The notes under the pieces were generated by a model, which worked only from the letters and a program-made list of their open reading frames with translations, made no database searches and was not told the origin of the DNA. Made by a program: the position numbers and the translations under genes. From the NCBI GenBank assembly GCA_023473205.1, contig JAMCYY010000040.1:1-26223 (forward strand): 26,223 nucleotides of DNA, written 5' to 3'. The DNA is from Patescibacteria group bacterium. GTDB lineage: Bacteria > Patescibacteriota > Microgenomatia > UM-FILTER-40-11. Positions 8,422-16,158 of this stretch are shown here, piece by piece; the stretch's first letter is position 1, and each line of letters starts with the position of its first letter.

Positions 8422-8450
8422 TTGACTGCCATCTGTTTCAGGGCTACAAT
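8422..8450 (+). promoter_or_regulatory. sigma70 promoter TTGACT-N17-TACAAT, 7 nt before ATG 8458
   Basis: Near-consensus hexamers at 8422..8427 and 8445..8450 with optimal spacing. The ORF track's TTG start is the -35 box itself. Confidence 0.75.
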
Positions 8451-8457
8451 TGCTTTG

Positions 8458-9102
8458 ATGAAGAAAATAAATTTAGCGACGCTGGCTTTAATTGTTTTGG
8501 CCTTTGTCTTAGGCTTTTATTTTTATCCCAAACTGCCGGAAATGATAGCTTCGCATTGGGGAATAAACGGTGAAGTTAATGGCTATAGTTCAAAGCTGTT
8601 AGGATCTTTTTTAATGCCTGTTATTTCGCTTGCTTTATACTTGCTATTTCTTTTTTTGCCTAAGATTGATCCTTTAAAGGAAAATATCAAAAAATTTCGG
8701 TCTTATTTTGAAACTTTTATTTTTCTAATAATTCTTTTTCTCTTTTACCTTTATTTGCTTTCAATTTTCTGGAATCTAGGCTATCGATTTAACTTTGGTT
8801 CAATGCTTTCACCAGCGTTTGCCCTTTTGTTCTATTCAGCGGGAGTCTTAATTGGCAAAGCGAAAAGAAACTGGTTCATTGGTATTCGGACGCCTTGGAC
8901 TTTAAGTAGTGACCGAGTTTGGAATCGGACTCACGAGCTTGGAGGTAAGCTTTTTAAAGCTATAGCCCTAATTTCTCTTTTAGGCATTTTTTTTCCACAA
9001 ATAGCTTTTTATTTAGTACTTGCTCCGGTTTTAGCAATGACTGTTTATCTTTTTGTTTTTTCGTATCAAGAATATAAGAAAATTGAAAAATCCCAAAATT
9101 AA
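8458..9102 (+). CDS. SdpI/DUF1648-family multi-pass membrane protein
   Basis: YPKLPEMIASHWGINGEVNG (DUF1648-like) and KRNWFIGIRTPWTLSSDRVWNRTH (SdpI-like). Start moved to ATG 8458. Confidence 0.88.
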   Translation: MKKINLATLALIVLAFVLGFYFYPKLPEMIASHWGINGEVNGYSSKLLGSFLMPVISLALYLLFLFLPKIDPLKENIKKFRSYFETFIFLIILFLFYLYLLSIFWNLGYRFNFGSMLSPAFALLFYSAGVLIGKAKRNWFIGIRTPWTLSSDRVWNRTHELGGKLFKAIALISLLGIFFPQIAFYLVLAPVLAMTVYLFVFSYQEYKKIEKSQN

Positions 9103-9108
9103 ACATGC

Positions 9109-9124
9109 AGCTTTACACCTTCAT
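9109..9124 (-). repeat. Degenerate partial copy of the 41-bp repeat
   Basis: Reverse complement ATGAAGGTGTAAAGCT matches 15..30 (ATGAAGGTGTGAAGCT) at 15/16; adjacent ACCTCCAG resembles the repeat's ACCTTCCAG. Confidence 0.6.
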
Positions 9125-9148
9125 ATAGACCTCCAGTATCTCTGGATT

Positions 9149-11164
9149 TTATCTTCCCCAAAGTGCATAGCGGACAATGAGGGAGCCGAAAACAGTTGCC
9201 GAGAGGGACATGACGGTTATTAAAGTATTAATTGAAGGTCCCGCAGTATCTTTAAAAGGATCGCCAACCGTATCACCGATAACTGCGGCCTTATGGGCCT
9301 CAGAGCCTTTACCGCCCAAAGCTCCGTCTTCAATATATTTTTTGGCATTATCCCAAAGTCCGCCAGAGTTAGCCATAAAAAGGGCAAAAACAATGCCGGA
9401 AATAATTGCCCCGCCCAAAAATCCACCCAAAGCCCTTGGCCCAAGTAAAAAACCAATAATTAAAGGCGCCGCAAAAGCACAAATTCCTGGTAGGACCAAT
9501 TCCTTAAGTGCTCCTTTGGTGGCAATTTCAATACAGCGGTTGCTGTTTGGTTTTTCTTTTCCAGTAAGAATCCCGGGTTTCTTTTCAAGCTGGTAGCGAA
9601 TTTCTTTAACCATTAAAAAGGCATTTTTCCCTACAGACAAAATTGTTAAAGCTGAAAAAAGTGGCGGCATCATTGCCCCTAGGAATAAGCCAACAACTAC
9701 TTCAGGTTGGGTCAGGTCAAGGCTCTTAAGATTGACAGTTTCAATATATGCAGCAAAAAGAGCTAAAACAGTTAAGGCGGCGGCGCCAATGGCAAAACCT
9801 TTAGTAATTGCTTTAGCGGTATTGCCCGCAGCATCTAATTTGTCACAAACAGCAATGGTTTTATCGCTTTCTTTTCCGGCTTCAGAACAACCTTTAGCAT
9901 TATCAACAATTGGGCCGTAAGCATCAGCGGAAACAATCATTCCAGTCACGGAAAGCATTCCTACTGCGGCCAGGGAAACGCCATAAGTTCCGGCAATTCC
10001 GAAATGGACAGCAATAAACCAGGCGGCCATCATTGCCAAACAGATGCCGATAATTGAAGGGACAACACTGAAAAGTCCATAAGAAAAACCGTTTAAGATT
10101 AAAATCGCTGTGCCGCTTTTGGCAGAATTGGCAGTTTCCTGAACAGCTTGGCCAGCAATATCAGTGTAATAATTTGAAGTAAAGCCTAAAATTGACCCGG
10201 CCAACAAACCTGCCATGGTTGGTCCAAAGATTCCCCAAAAACTGTTAATATTGAGTAACTTGAGGGCAAAAAATGAAAGGAAGGCAAAAATTATGGTCGT
10301 GGCAATTGTACCAAAGTTAAGGGCCTTTCCTGGATCTCTCTCTTTTCCCATTTGGACAAAGATCATGCCTAAAAGTGAAGCAATAATGCCGATTGCCCCC
10401 AAAATTAAAGGGGTTAAAGTAAATCGCCAATCAGTCTGGTATAATTCAAAACCTAAAATCATTACCGCTACCATAGAGGCAACGTAAGAATCAAAAATAT
10501 CTGCACCCATACCAGCAACATCGCCGACATTATCACCCACGTTGTCAGCAATAACTGCAGGATTACGGGGGTCATCTTCGTCTAAACCAAATTCAACTTT
10601 GCCAACTAAATCAGCGCCAATATCAGCGGTTTTTGTAAAAATACCTCCCCCGGCTTTGGCTAACAAAGCCAGTGAACTGGCACCAAAAGAAAATCCTAAA
10701 ACAACCGAAGGAACTTTAAAGATATAGAGGACGAGTGCCATTCCCAGTAAGGCAAAGCCAACTACTGAAAGTCCCATTACTGCCCCGGAAAAAAAACTTA
10801 AAGGAAAAGCTTTTTTTAAGCCATCTTTAGCTGCCCAGGCAACCCTGGCATTGGCCTTTGTGGCAATTGTCATGCCTAAATATCCTGATAACGCTGAAAA
10901 AAATGAACCAAAAAGATAAGCGATGGCTGTTTCCCAACCTAGCGTAAAATAAAGAATTAAGGCAATTGCTAATGCTAAAAGAGAAAGTGATTTGTAAAGT
11001 TGTTTAAGGTATGTTTGTGCCCCTTCCTGAATTGCTTGGGAAAAAACCCGCATTTTTGGGTTACCGCATTCTTTTTTGATTACCCAACGGTAAAGAAGAA
11101 AGGCAAAAAGAATTGAGATTGTACCGGTTGTAAAAATAAGGATTTGCCAGAACATCTTAATCAA
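9149..11164 (-). CDS. hppA: Membrane-integral ion-translocating pyrophosphatase with K+-independent H+-PPase signature
   Basis: GGGIFTKTADIGADLVGK, EDDPRNPAVIADNVGDNVGD, DAYGPIVDNA, GNTAKAITKG, GGLWDNAKK and GDTVGDPFKDT motifs; many TM helices. Start is TTG 11164 or ATG 11155. Confidence 0.96.
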   Translation of the reverse strand: MIKMFWQILIFTTGTISILFAFLLYRWVIKKECGNPKMRVFSQAIQEGAQTYLKQLYKSLSLLALAIALILYFTLGWETAIAYLFGSFFSALSGYLGMTIATKANARVAWAAKDGLKKAFPLSFFSGAVMGLSVVGFALLGMALVLYIFKVPSVVLGFSFGASSLALLAKAGGGIFTKTADIGADLVGKVEFGLDEDDPRNPAVIADNVGDNVGDVAGMGADIFDSYVASMVAVMILGFELYQTDWRFTLTPLILGAIGIIASLLGMIFVQMGKERDPGKALNFGTIATTIIFAFLSFFALKLLNINSFWGIFGPTMAGLLAGSILGFTSNYYTDIAGQAVQETANSAKSGTAILILNGFSYGLFSVVPSIIGICLAMMAAWFIAVHFGIAGTYGVSLAAVGMLSVTGMIVSADAYGPIVDNAKGCSEAGKESDKTIAVCDKLDAAGNTAKAITKGFAIGAAALTVLALFAAYIETVNLKSLDLTQPEVVVGLFLGAMMPPLFSALTILSVGKNAFLMVKEIRYQLEKKPGILTGKEKPNSNRCIEIATKGALKELVLPGICAFAAPLIIGFLLGPRALGGFLGGAIISGIVFALFMANSGGLWDNAKKYIEDGALGGKGSEAHKAAVIGDTVGDPFKDTAGPSINTLITVMSLSATVFGSLIVRYALWGR

Positions 11165-11169
11165 TAAAC

Positions 11170-11835
11170 TTATTTTTCCAGAACGTCAACACTAACAATC
11201 TTGACCGGATTTACCGGAGTAGATAATTCACCAAAAGAGTTGGGTTTAACCGGGGCTTCGGCAATTTTGTCGACCACCTCTAATCCTTCAATTACTTGGC
11301 CAAAAATAACATAATTCTTAGGCAAGGGGTAATCTTTATGCATTATAAAAAACTGGCTGCCATTAGTATTAGGTCCGGCGTTGGCCATCGCTACCGTTCC
11401 TCTTAGGTATTCACCTTCAAAAGGTTCATCATCAAATTTATATCCCGGTCCCCCAGTACCATCACCTTTGGGATCTCCTCCCTGAATCATGAAATCTTTG
11501 ATTGTACGGTGAAAAATGGTATTGTCATAAAAATGGTTTTGAGCCAAATAAATAAAATTATTGGCCGTAATAGGAGTTTTTTGCGTATCAAGTTTAATTT
11601 TAATCTCTCCGGCGGTTGTATTTAAAGTGGCGGTATATTCTTTTTTTGCATTAATAAGAATCTTTGGTTGGGAAAGAGGGATTGATGTTGGTGAAATTGA
11701 TGGTTGATTCATTTCTTGTTTTTGGATTATGGGAATATTTACTTCAGACTCTGAATTTGAATTTTCTTTAAGAGAGCAACCGCTTAAAGAAAAGCACATT
11801 AATACCAGTACAATAATAACTAGTTTTTTCTTCAT
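11170..11835 (-). CDS. Cyclophilin-type peptidyl-prolyl cis-trans isomerase, lipoprotein
   Basis: Lipobox LSGC; FHRTIKDFMIQGGDPKGDGTGG and MANAGPNTNGSQFFI. Confidence 0.95.
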   Translation of the reverse strand: MKKKLVIIVLVLMCFSLSGCSLKENSNSESEVNIPIIQKQEMNQPSISPTSIPLSQPKILINAKKEYTATLNTTAGEIKIKLDTQKTPITANNFIYLAQNHFYDNTIFHRTIKDFMIQGGDPKGDGTGGPGYKFDDEPFEGEYLRGTVAMANAGPNTNGSQFFIMHKDYPLPKNYVIFGQVIEGLEVVDKIAEAPVKPNSFGELSTPVNPVKIVSVDVLEK

Positions 11836-11837
11836 GA

Positions 11838-12308
11838 TTATTCTTTGGAAAATTTAGGAGAACCTTTAACCAAACGAGCAGTGTTAACAATAATCCTTGT
11901 TTCACCATCTTCACCTTCAATTTCACTGGCACCGGTGAGTTTTTGATATTGTAATAAATAATCAGAAAGGGTATCTTGTAATTCTTTTACTTCTGACCTT
12001 AAATCATCAACTTTTTGGGTGATTGACTGGAGGGTTGGATTTTTCAGGATTTGCTGCTTAGTTTCTGCTTTTATCTTAATGGCTTCTTTGGCTTTTTCTT
12101 CGTGTTCTTTATAAATTGCATCGCTTTCAAAAGAATCATCTAAGAGTTCTTTTTGTTTTTTTAGCTCTTGTTTTATGGACTCAACCCTTGCCATGTAGGT
12201 TTTAATTAAATTTTCAAGGTTAAGAAAATCAGCGGTAGCGGCATTAATCTCCAAAGACGGTTGAATTAAAGGGCTGGTATTAGTGTTATCAACATTGGTG
12301 TCGTCCAT
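11838..12308 (-). CDS. Hypothetical coiled-coil protein (156 aa)
   Basis: Long E/K/L/Q-rich heptad stretches; first gene of a tightly packed three-gene run. Confidence 0.8.
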   Translation of the reverse strand: MDDTNVDNTNTSPLIQPSLEINAATADFLNLENLIKTYMARVESIKQELKKQKELLDDSFESDAIYKEHEEKAKEAIKIKAETKQQILKNPTLQSITQKVDDLRSEVKELQDTLSDYLLQYQKLTGASEIEGEDGETRIIVNTARLVKGSPKFSKE

Positions 12309-12314
12309 ATGCTA

Positions 12315-12344
12315 AGCATACTAAATAAGTAAACCTAAGGTCAA
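12315..12344 (-). promoter_or_regulatory. Promoter TTGACC-N18-TATGCT, 6 nt before ATG 12308
   Basis: -35 at 12344..12339 and -10 at 12320..12315 on the minus strand. Confidence 0.65.
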
Positions 12345-12445
12345 GAGGGATTTTAAAATCAATTCTTACCTTTCCCTTACCTTTCTTTTTCTCTTGCCAT
12401 ATTTTTTAGAAATACCTTAAAGAAATCATTAATAAATTTTTAAAA

Positions 12446-13960
12446 ATGATTTTTTTAAGAAATAGGTTAAAGGAAAATTTTGAAGAAGGATTTAACTTTA
12501 GAGGTACAAATTTTATGACTTACAATAACCTTTCTTTTAGAGAAAGCGCTTTTTTTAATTTTAGTCTTTGGCAAAAGATAGTTTTAATAACATTAATGAC
12601 AGTAATTCTTTTAGGTATAGTCTTCCGGTTACAATTATTTTTGGTTATTTCAATTGCTTTATTGACTTTTTTATATTTTGCCAATTTAATTTTTGATTTT
12701 TTCTTAATTTTCAGCAGTTTTTGGAAGAATTCCGAGTTGTTTATTACCAATAATGAAATCAGGTATCTTGATGAAGATCTGTTGCCAGTTTATACGGTTT
12801 TTTGCCCCTTATATAAAGAATGGGAAGTCATTAAACAATTTATTAGCGCCATTTCGCAACTGGACTACCCAAAAGATAAATTACAGGCTTTGCTTTTGCT
12901 TGAAGAAAATGACAAACGGACAATTGAAGAAGCCAGAAGAATAACTTTACCGGAATATTTTCAGATTGTCATTGTTCCTGATTCATTACCAAAAACAAAA
13001 CCCAAAGCTCTAAATTTTGGTTTAAAAATGGCTAAAGGGAAGTTATCAGTTATTTATGATGCTGAAGATATCCCTGATAAAGACCAGTTAAAAAAAGCCT
13101 ATCTTGCTTTTCAAAAAGTAGATAAAAAGACCATTTGCATCCAGGCAAAATTGAATTATTATAATCCGCGGCAAAATCTGCTTACTAAACTTTTTACCGC
13201 TGAATATTGTCTTTGGTTTGACCTTATCCTTCCGGGTCTCCAGTCAATTGAGGCACCTATACCTTTAGGTGGAACTTCAAACCATTTTTTGGTTTCTGAA
13301 TTAAAAAAACTTCAAGGATGGGATCCTTTTAATGTGACCGAGGATTGTGATTTAGGAATTCGTTTAGCTAAATATGGTTATAAAACAAAAATAATTAATT
13401 CAACAACCTTTGAGGAGGCAAACAGCAAACCCCTTAATTGGTACCGTCAAAGAAGCCGTTGGATAAAAGGCTATATTCAAACATATTTCGTCCATATGAG
13501 GGATTTAAAAAAATTTTTTAACCATAATAAAAAAAGTAATTTTTTTATTTTTCAATTGGTGGTTGGTGGTAAGGTCTTAAGTATCTTTATTAATCCTTTA
13601 ATGTGGCTTCTAACATTATCCTATTTTTTATTCCGTCCAACCTTGGGAAAATTTATTGAACCACTTTTTCCTCCTTTTGTTTTGTATTTGGGGGTTATTT
13701 GTTTAGTCATTGGCAATTTTCTTTATCTTTTTTATTACATGATTGGCTGTGCTAAAAGAAATTACTTTGATTTAGTAAAATATGTCTTTTTTATTCCTTT
13801 TTATTGGTTAGGAATGAGCATCTCTGGTTGGAAATCATTGTATGAAATTATTGCCAAGCCCCATTATTGGGCAAAAACCGTGCACGGCTTTCATCTAAAC
13901 AAAGCAAATGAGACGGTTGAGAAAAAAATTGCTATCACGGAGGTTATTGTCGAATCATAA
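12446..13960 (+). CDS. Processive family 2 glycosyltransferase (cellulose-synthase-like catalytic motifs)
   Basis: PLYKE, KPKALN, YDAED (DxD), TED and QRSRW (QxxRW) motifs; TM helices at both ends. Start uncertain (12446 or 12515). Confidence 0.92.
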   Translation: MIFLRNRLKENFEEGFNFRGTNFMTYNNLSFRESAFFNFSLWQKIVLITLMTVILLGIVFRLQLFLVISIALLTFLYFANLIFDFFLIFSSFWKNSELFITNNEIRYLDEDLLPVYTVFCPLYKEWEVIKQFISAISQLDYPKDKLQALLLLEENDKRTIEEARRITLPEYFQIVIVPDSLPKTKPKALNFGLKMAKGKLSVIYDAEDIPDKDQLKKAYLAFQKVDKKTICIQAKLNYYNPRQNLLTKLFTAEYCLWFDLILPGLQSIEAPIPLGGTSNHFLVSELKKLQGWDPFNVTEDCDLGIRLAKYGYKTKIINSTTFEEANSKPLNWYRQRSRWIKGYIQTYFVHMRDLKKFFNHNKKSNFFIFQLVVGGKVLSIFINPLMWLLTLSYFLFRPTLGKFIEPLFPPFVLYLGVICLVIGNFLYLFYYMIGCAKRNYFDLVKYVFFIPFYWLGMSISGWKSLYEIIAKPHYWAKTVHGFHLNKANETVEKKIAITEVIVES

Positions 13961-13964
13961 TAAT

Positions 13965-15494
13965 ATGGATAACTCATTTTCATTTAAAAATATCTTTAGC
14001 TTTTCCGCTTTGATGAGTACTGCTTCTTTGGTTATTTGTTATTTCAAAGACCTTATTCTTTCTTATGGGGATGCAGAGTCACACTTAGATATTGCCAAAC
14101 GGGTTATTGATGGCCTGACTCCTGGTTTGGCCCAAATTGGTGGGGTCTGGCTCCCTTTGCCTCATCTTTTAATGATTCCATTTGTCTGGAACAACTGGTT
14201 ATGGCAAACAGGATTAGGTGGAGCAATTATTTCGGCTTTAGCTTTCATTGTTTCTTCTCTTTTAATCTATAAATTGACCTTCCTTTTTACTAAAAAGAAT
14301 ACTGTGTCATTCTTGGCTTCGCTGGTCTTTATTCTTAATCCTAATATTTTGTATTTACAATCGACGCCGATGACGGAACTACTATTAATTGCTTTTTTTG
14401 TCTTAAATCTTTATTTTTTCCTTGGTTATTTGGAAAATAACCAACTTCTATTTTTAATTCTTGCCGGACTTTCAGGATTATTAGCCAGTTTAACCCGCTA
14501 TGATGGCTGGTTTTTAGTAGTGTTAGAGGATTTTGTTCTTTTAGCTTATTTAATTTATAAAAAAATATCTTTTACAAAAATTCAAGGAACCATAATAATT
14601 TTTACCACCGTCAGTTTTTATGGAATCTTCCTTTGGCTTTTTTGGAATTCGCTGATTTTTAAAAATCCTTTTTATTTTACCGCCAGTGAGTTTTCTGCCA
14701 AATCTCAACAAGCATCATGGTTAGATCGTGGCCAACTTCCGGCTTATCATAATCTTTCCCTCTCAACAATGTATTATTTGATGACCGTAATGGCAAACTC
14801 CGGACTGCCGGTATTGGCTTTAGCAGGATCAGGAATAATATATTTTGTTTTAGACTCTGAAGAAAAAATTAAAAGGACTTTCATGGCTTTTGTTTTATTA
14901 ACCCCTTTTCTCTTTTATGTCGTCTCCTTGTTTTTAGGCCAATCAGTAATCTTTATCCCTTCTTTGACCCCAAAGTCTTTTGACTGGCAGCTTTTCAATG
15001 TCCGTTATGGTGTAATGATGTTGCCTTCAATTTCATTTTTCTTTGCTTACTTATTTAAAGACAGCAAGAAAATTATTTATTTTTTAATGTTTTTACTCGC
15101 TTTACAATTAGGGGTTTACCTTTCAGGTCATAACCAGATAATTTCCCTTACTGATGGAACGGTTGGTTTATCTTCAGCCAAGAAAGTTGATGCTCAAGAC
15201 TGGTTGAAAAAGAATTATGATTATGGGTTGGTTCTACTTGACGACTATGCCCGGACTTTAAGTGTTATTCGCTCAGGTATTCCTATGAAAAACTTAATTT
15301 ACTTAGGCAGCAAGCCTTATTGGGAAGAGTCTTTAAATGAACCGGAAAAATATGCCCGCTGGATTATTTTACAAAACAAGGATGAAGTTTGGCGGAAAAT
15401 TTATAATCTTCCTGCACAGCAAGCAAGACTTTATAAATATTTTAATAAAGTTTATACCTCTGAGGAAATTTTAATCTTTAAGAGAATTGAATAA
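13965..15494 (+). CDS. GT-C fold (GT39/PMT-like) polytopic membrane glycosyltransferase
   Basis: Acidic residues in the first outer loop (YGDAESH), WLPLPHLL, TRYDGW, about 10 or more TM helices and a soluble C-terminal domain. Start moved to ATG 13965, just after the GT2 stop. Confidence 0.75.
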   Translation: MDNSFSFKNIFSFSALMSTASLVICYFKDLILSYGDAESHLDIAKRVIDGLTPGLAQIGGVWLPLPHLLMIPFVWNNWLWQTGLGGAIISALAFIVSSLLIYKLTFLFTKKNTVSFLASLVFILNPNILYLQSTPMTELLLIAFFVLNLYFFLGYLENNQLLFLILAGLSGLLASLTRYDGWFLVVLEDFVLLAYLIYKKISFTKIQGTIIIFTTVSFYGIFLWLFWNSLIFKNPFYFTASEFSAKSQQASWLDRGQLPAYHNLSLSTMYYLMTVMANSGLPVLALAGSGIIYFVLDSEEKIKRTFMAFVLLTPFLFYVVSLFLGQSVIFIPSLTPKSFDWQLFNVRYGVMMLPSISFFFAYLFKDSKKIIYFLMFLLALQLGVYLSGHNQIISLTDGTVGLSSAKKVDAQDWLKKNYDYGLVLLDDYARTLSVIRSGIPMKNLIYLGSKPYWEESLNEPEKYARWIILQNKDEVWRKIYNLPAQQARLYKYFNKVYTSEEILIFKRIE

Positions 15495-15512
15495 TTTTAG
15501 TCCTGTTCTTTA

Positions 15513-15542
15513 AGTTGTGAGTTAATTAGTTAACTCACAACT
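15513..15542. terminator. Perfect 13-bp stem hairpin between convergent genes
   Basis: AGTTGTGAGTTAA-TTAG-TTAACTCACAACT. Confidence 0.6.
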
Positions 15543-15559
15543 CATAACCCACAACTCAT
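15532..15559 (+). repeat. Tandem heptamer repeat AACYCAY x4
   Basis: AACTCAC AACTCAT AACCCAC AACTCAT; overlaps the right arm of the hairpin. Confidence 0.8.
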
Positions 15560-15574
15560 AATGATCTATCTTTT

Positions 15575-16006
15575 TTAATCCTTGGGACATTTAAACATTT
15601 GTGGCAGACAATAAAAATTACGATTAAAAACACAATAATTGGTGTTAGGGGATAAATAATCACCCCAGGACGGATAACCATTTTTAACAATTACGCCATT
15701 ATTAGGACAAGTTTCCGCTTTTGTAGGAATCCAAAGGGACAAAATGCCGCTGTTCCCTTGGGAAGGTGAGGCGCCGCAAAATGTTTGTAAAAATATACCG
15801 CAGTTGAGTTTTTGCACTTTATCAAAGCCCTGGTAAATTTCATTTTTTCCCGGAATGGCATGGACTCCTGATTCATAACAGGCGACTAAGGATTTGCTGC
15901 TGTTATTTAAGGAACAACTCTTGGTTGAAATTGCCATTGCTGGCTTAGACAGTAAAAAAAACAAACCCAAAAAAGCAATAGGAATTAACGTGATTTTCGT
16001 TTTCAT
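15575..16006 (-). CDS. Secreted cysteine-rich protein of unknown function (143 aa)
   Basis: Start reassigned to ATG 16006 because of a strong SD. Signal peptide ending AMA; 8 Cys in the 118-aa mature part. Confidence 0.8.
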   Translation of the reverse strand: MKTKITLIPIAFLGLFFLLSKPAMAISTKSCSLNNSSKSLVACYESGVHAIPGKNEIYQGFDKVQKLNCGIFLQTFCGASPSQGNSGILSLWIPTKAETCPNNGVIVKNGYPSWGDYLSPNTNYCVFNRNFYCLPQMFKCPKD

Positions 16007-16013
16007 GAATGTT

Positions 16014-16023
16014 TCACCTCCTT
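16014..16023 (-). promoter_or_regulatory. Strong Shine-Dalgarno AAGGAGGTGA
   Basis: Ten-base match to the canonical anti-SD, 7 nt upstream of ATG 16006. Confidence 0.8.
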
Positions 16024-16158
16024 TCATATTTAAAATAATCCTTGAAAAAAAAGATAAGAAAATGAAGAAAAAGTAATAATTGAGAAAGAAAAAGCCAGGA
16101 TATAGAGAAAATTGCTTCTTGCAATTTACCTCTGTTTTGCTAATATCCATTCTCACAA

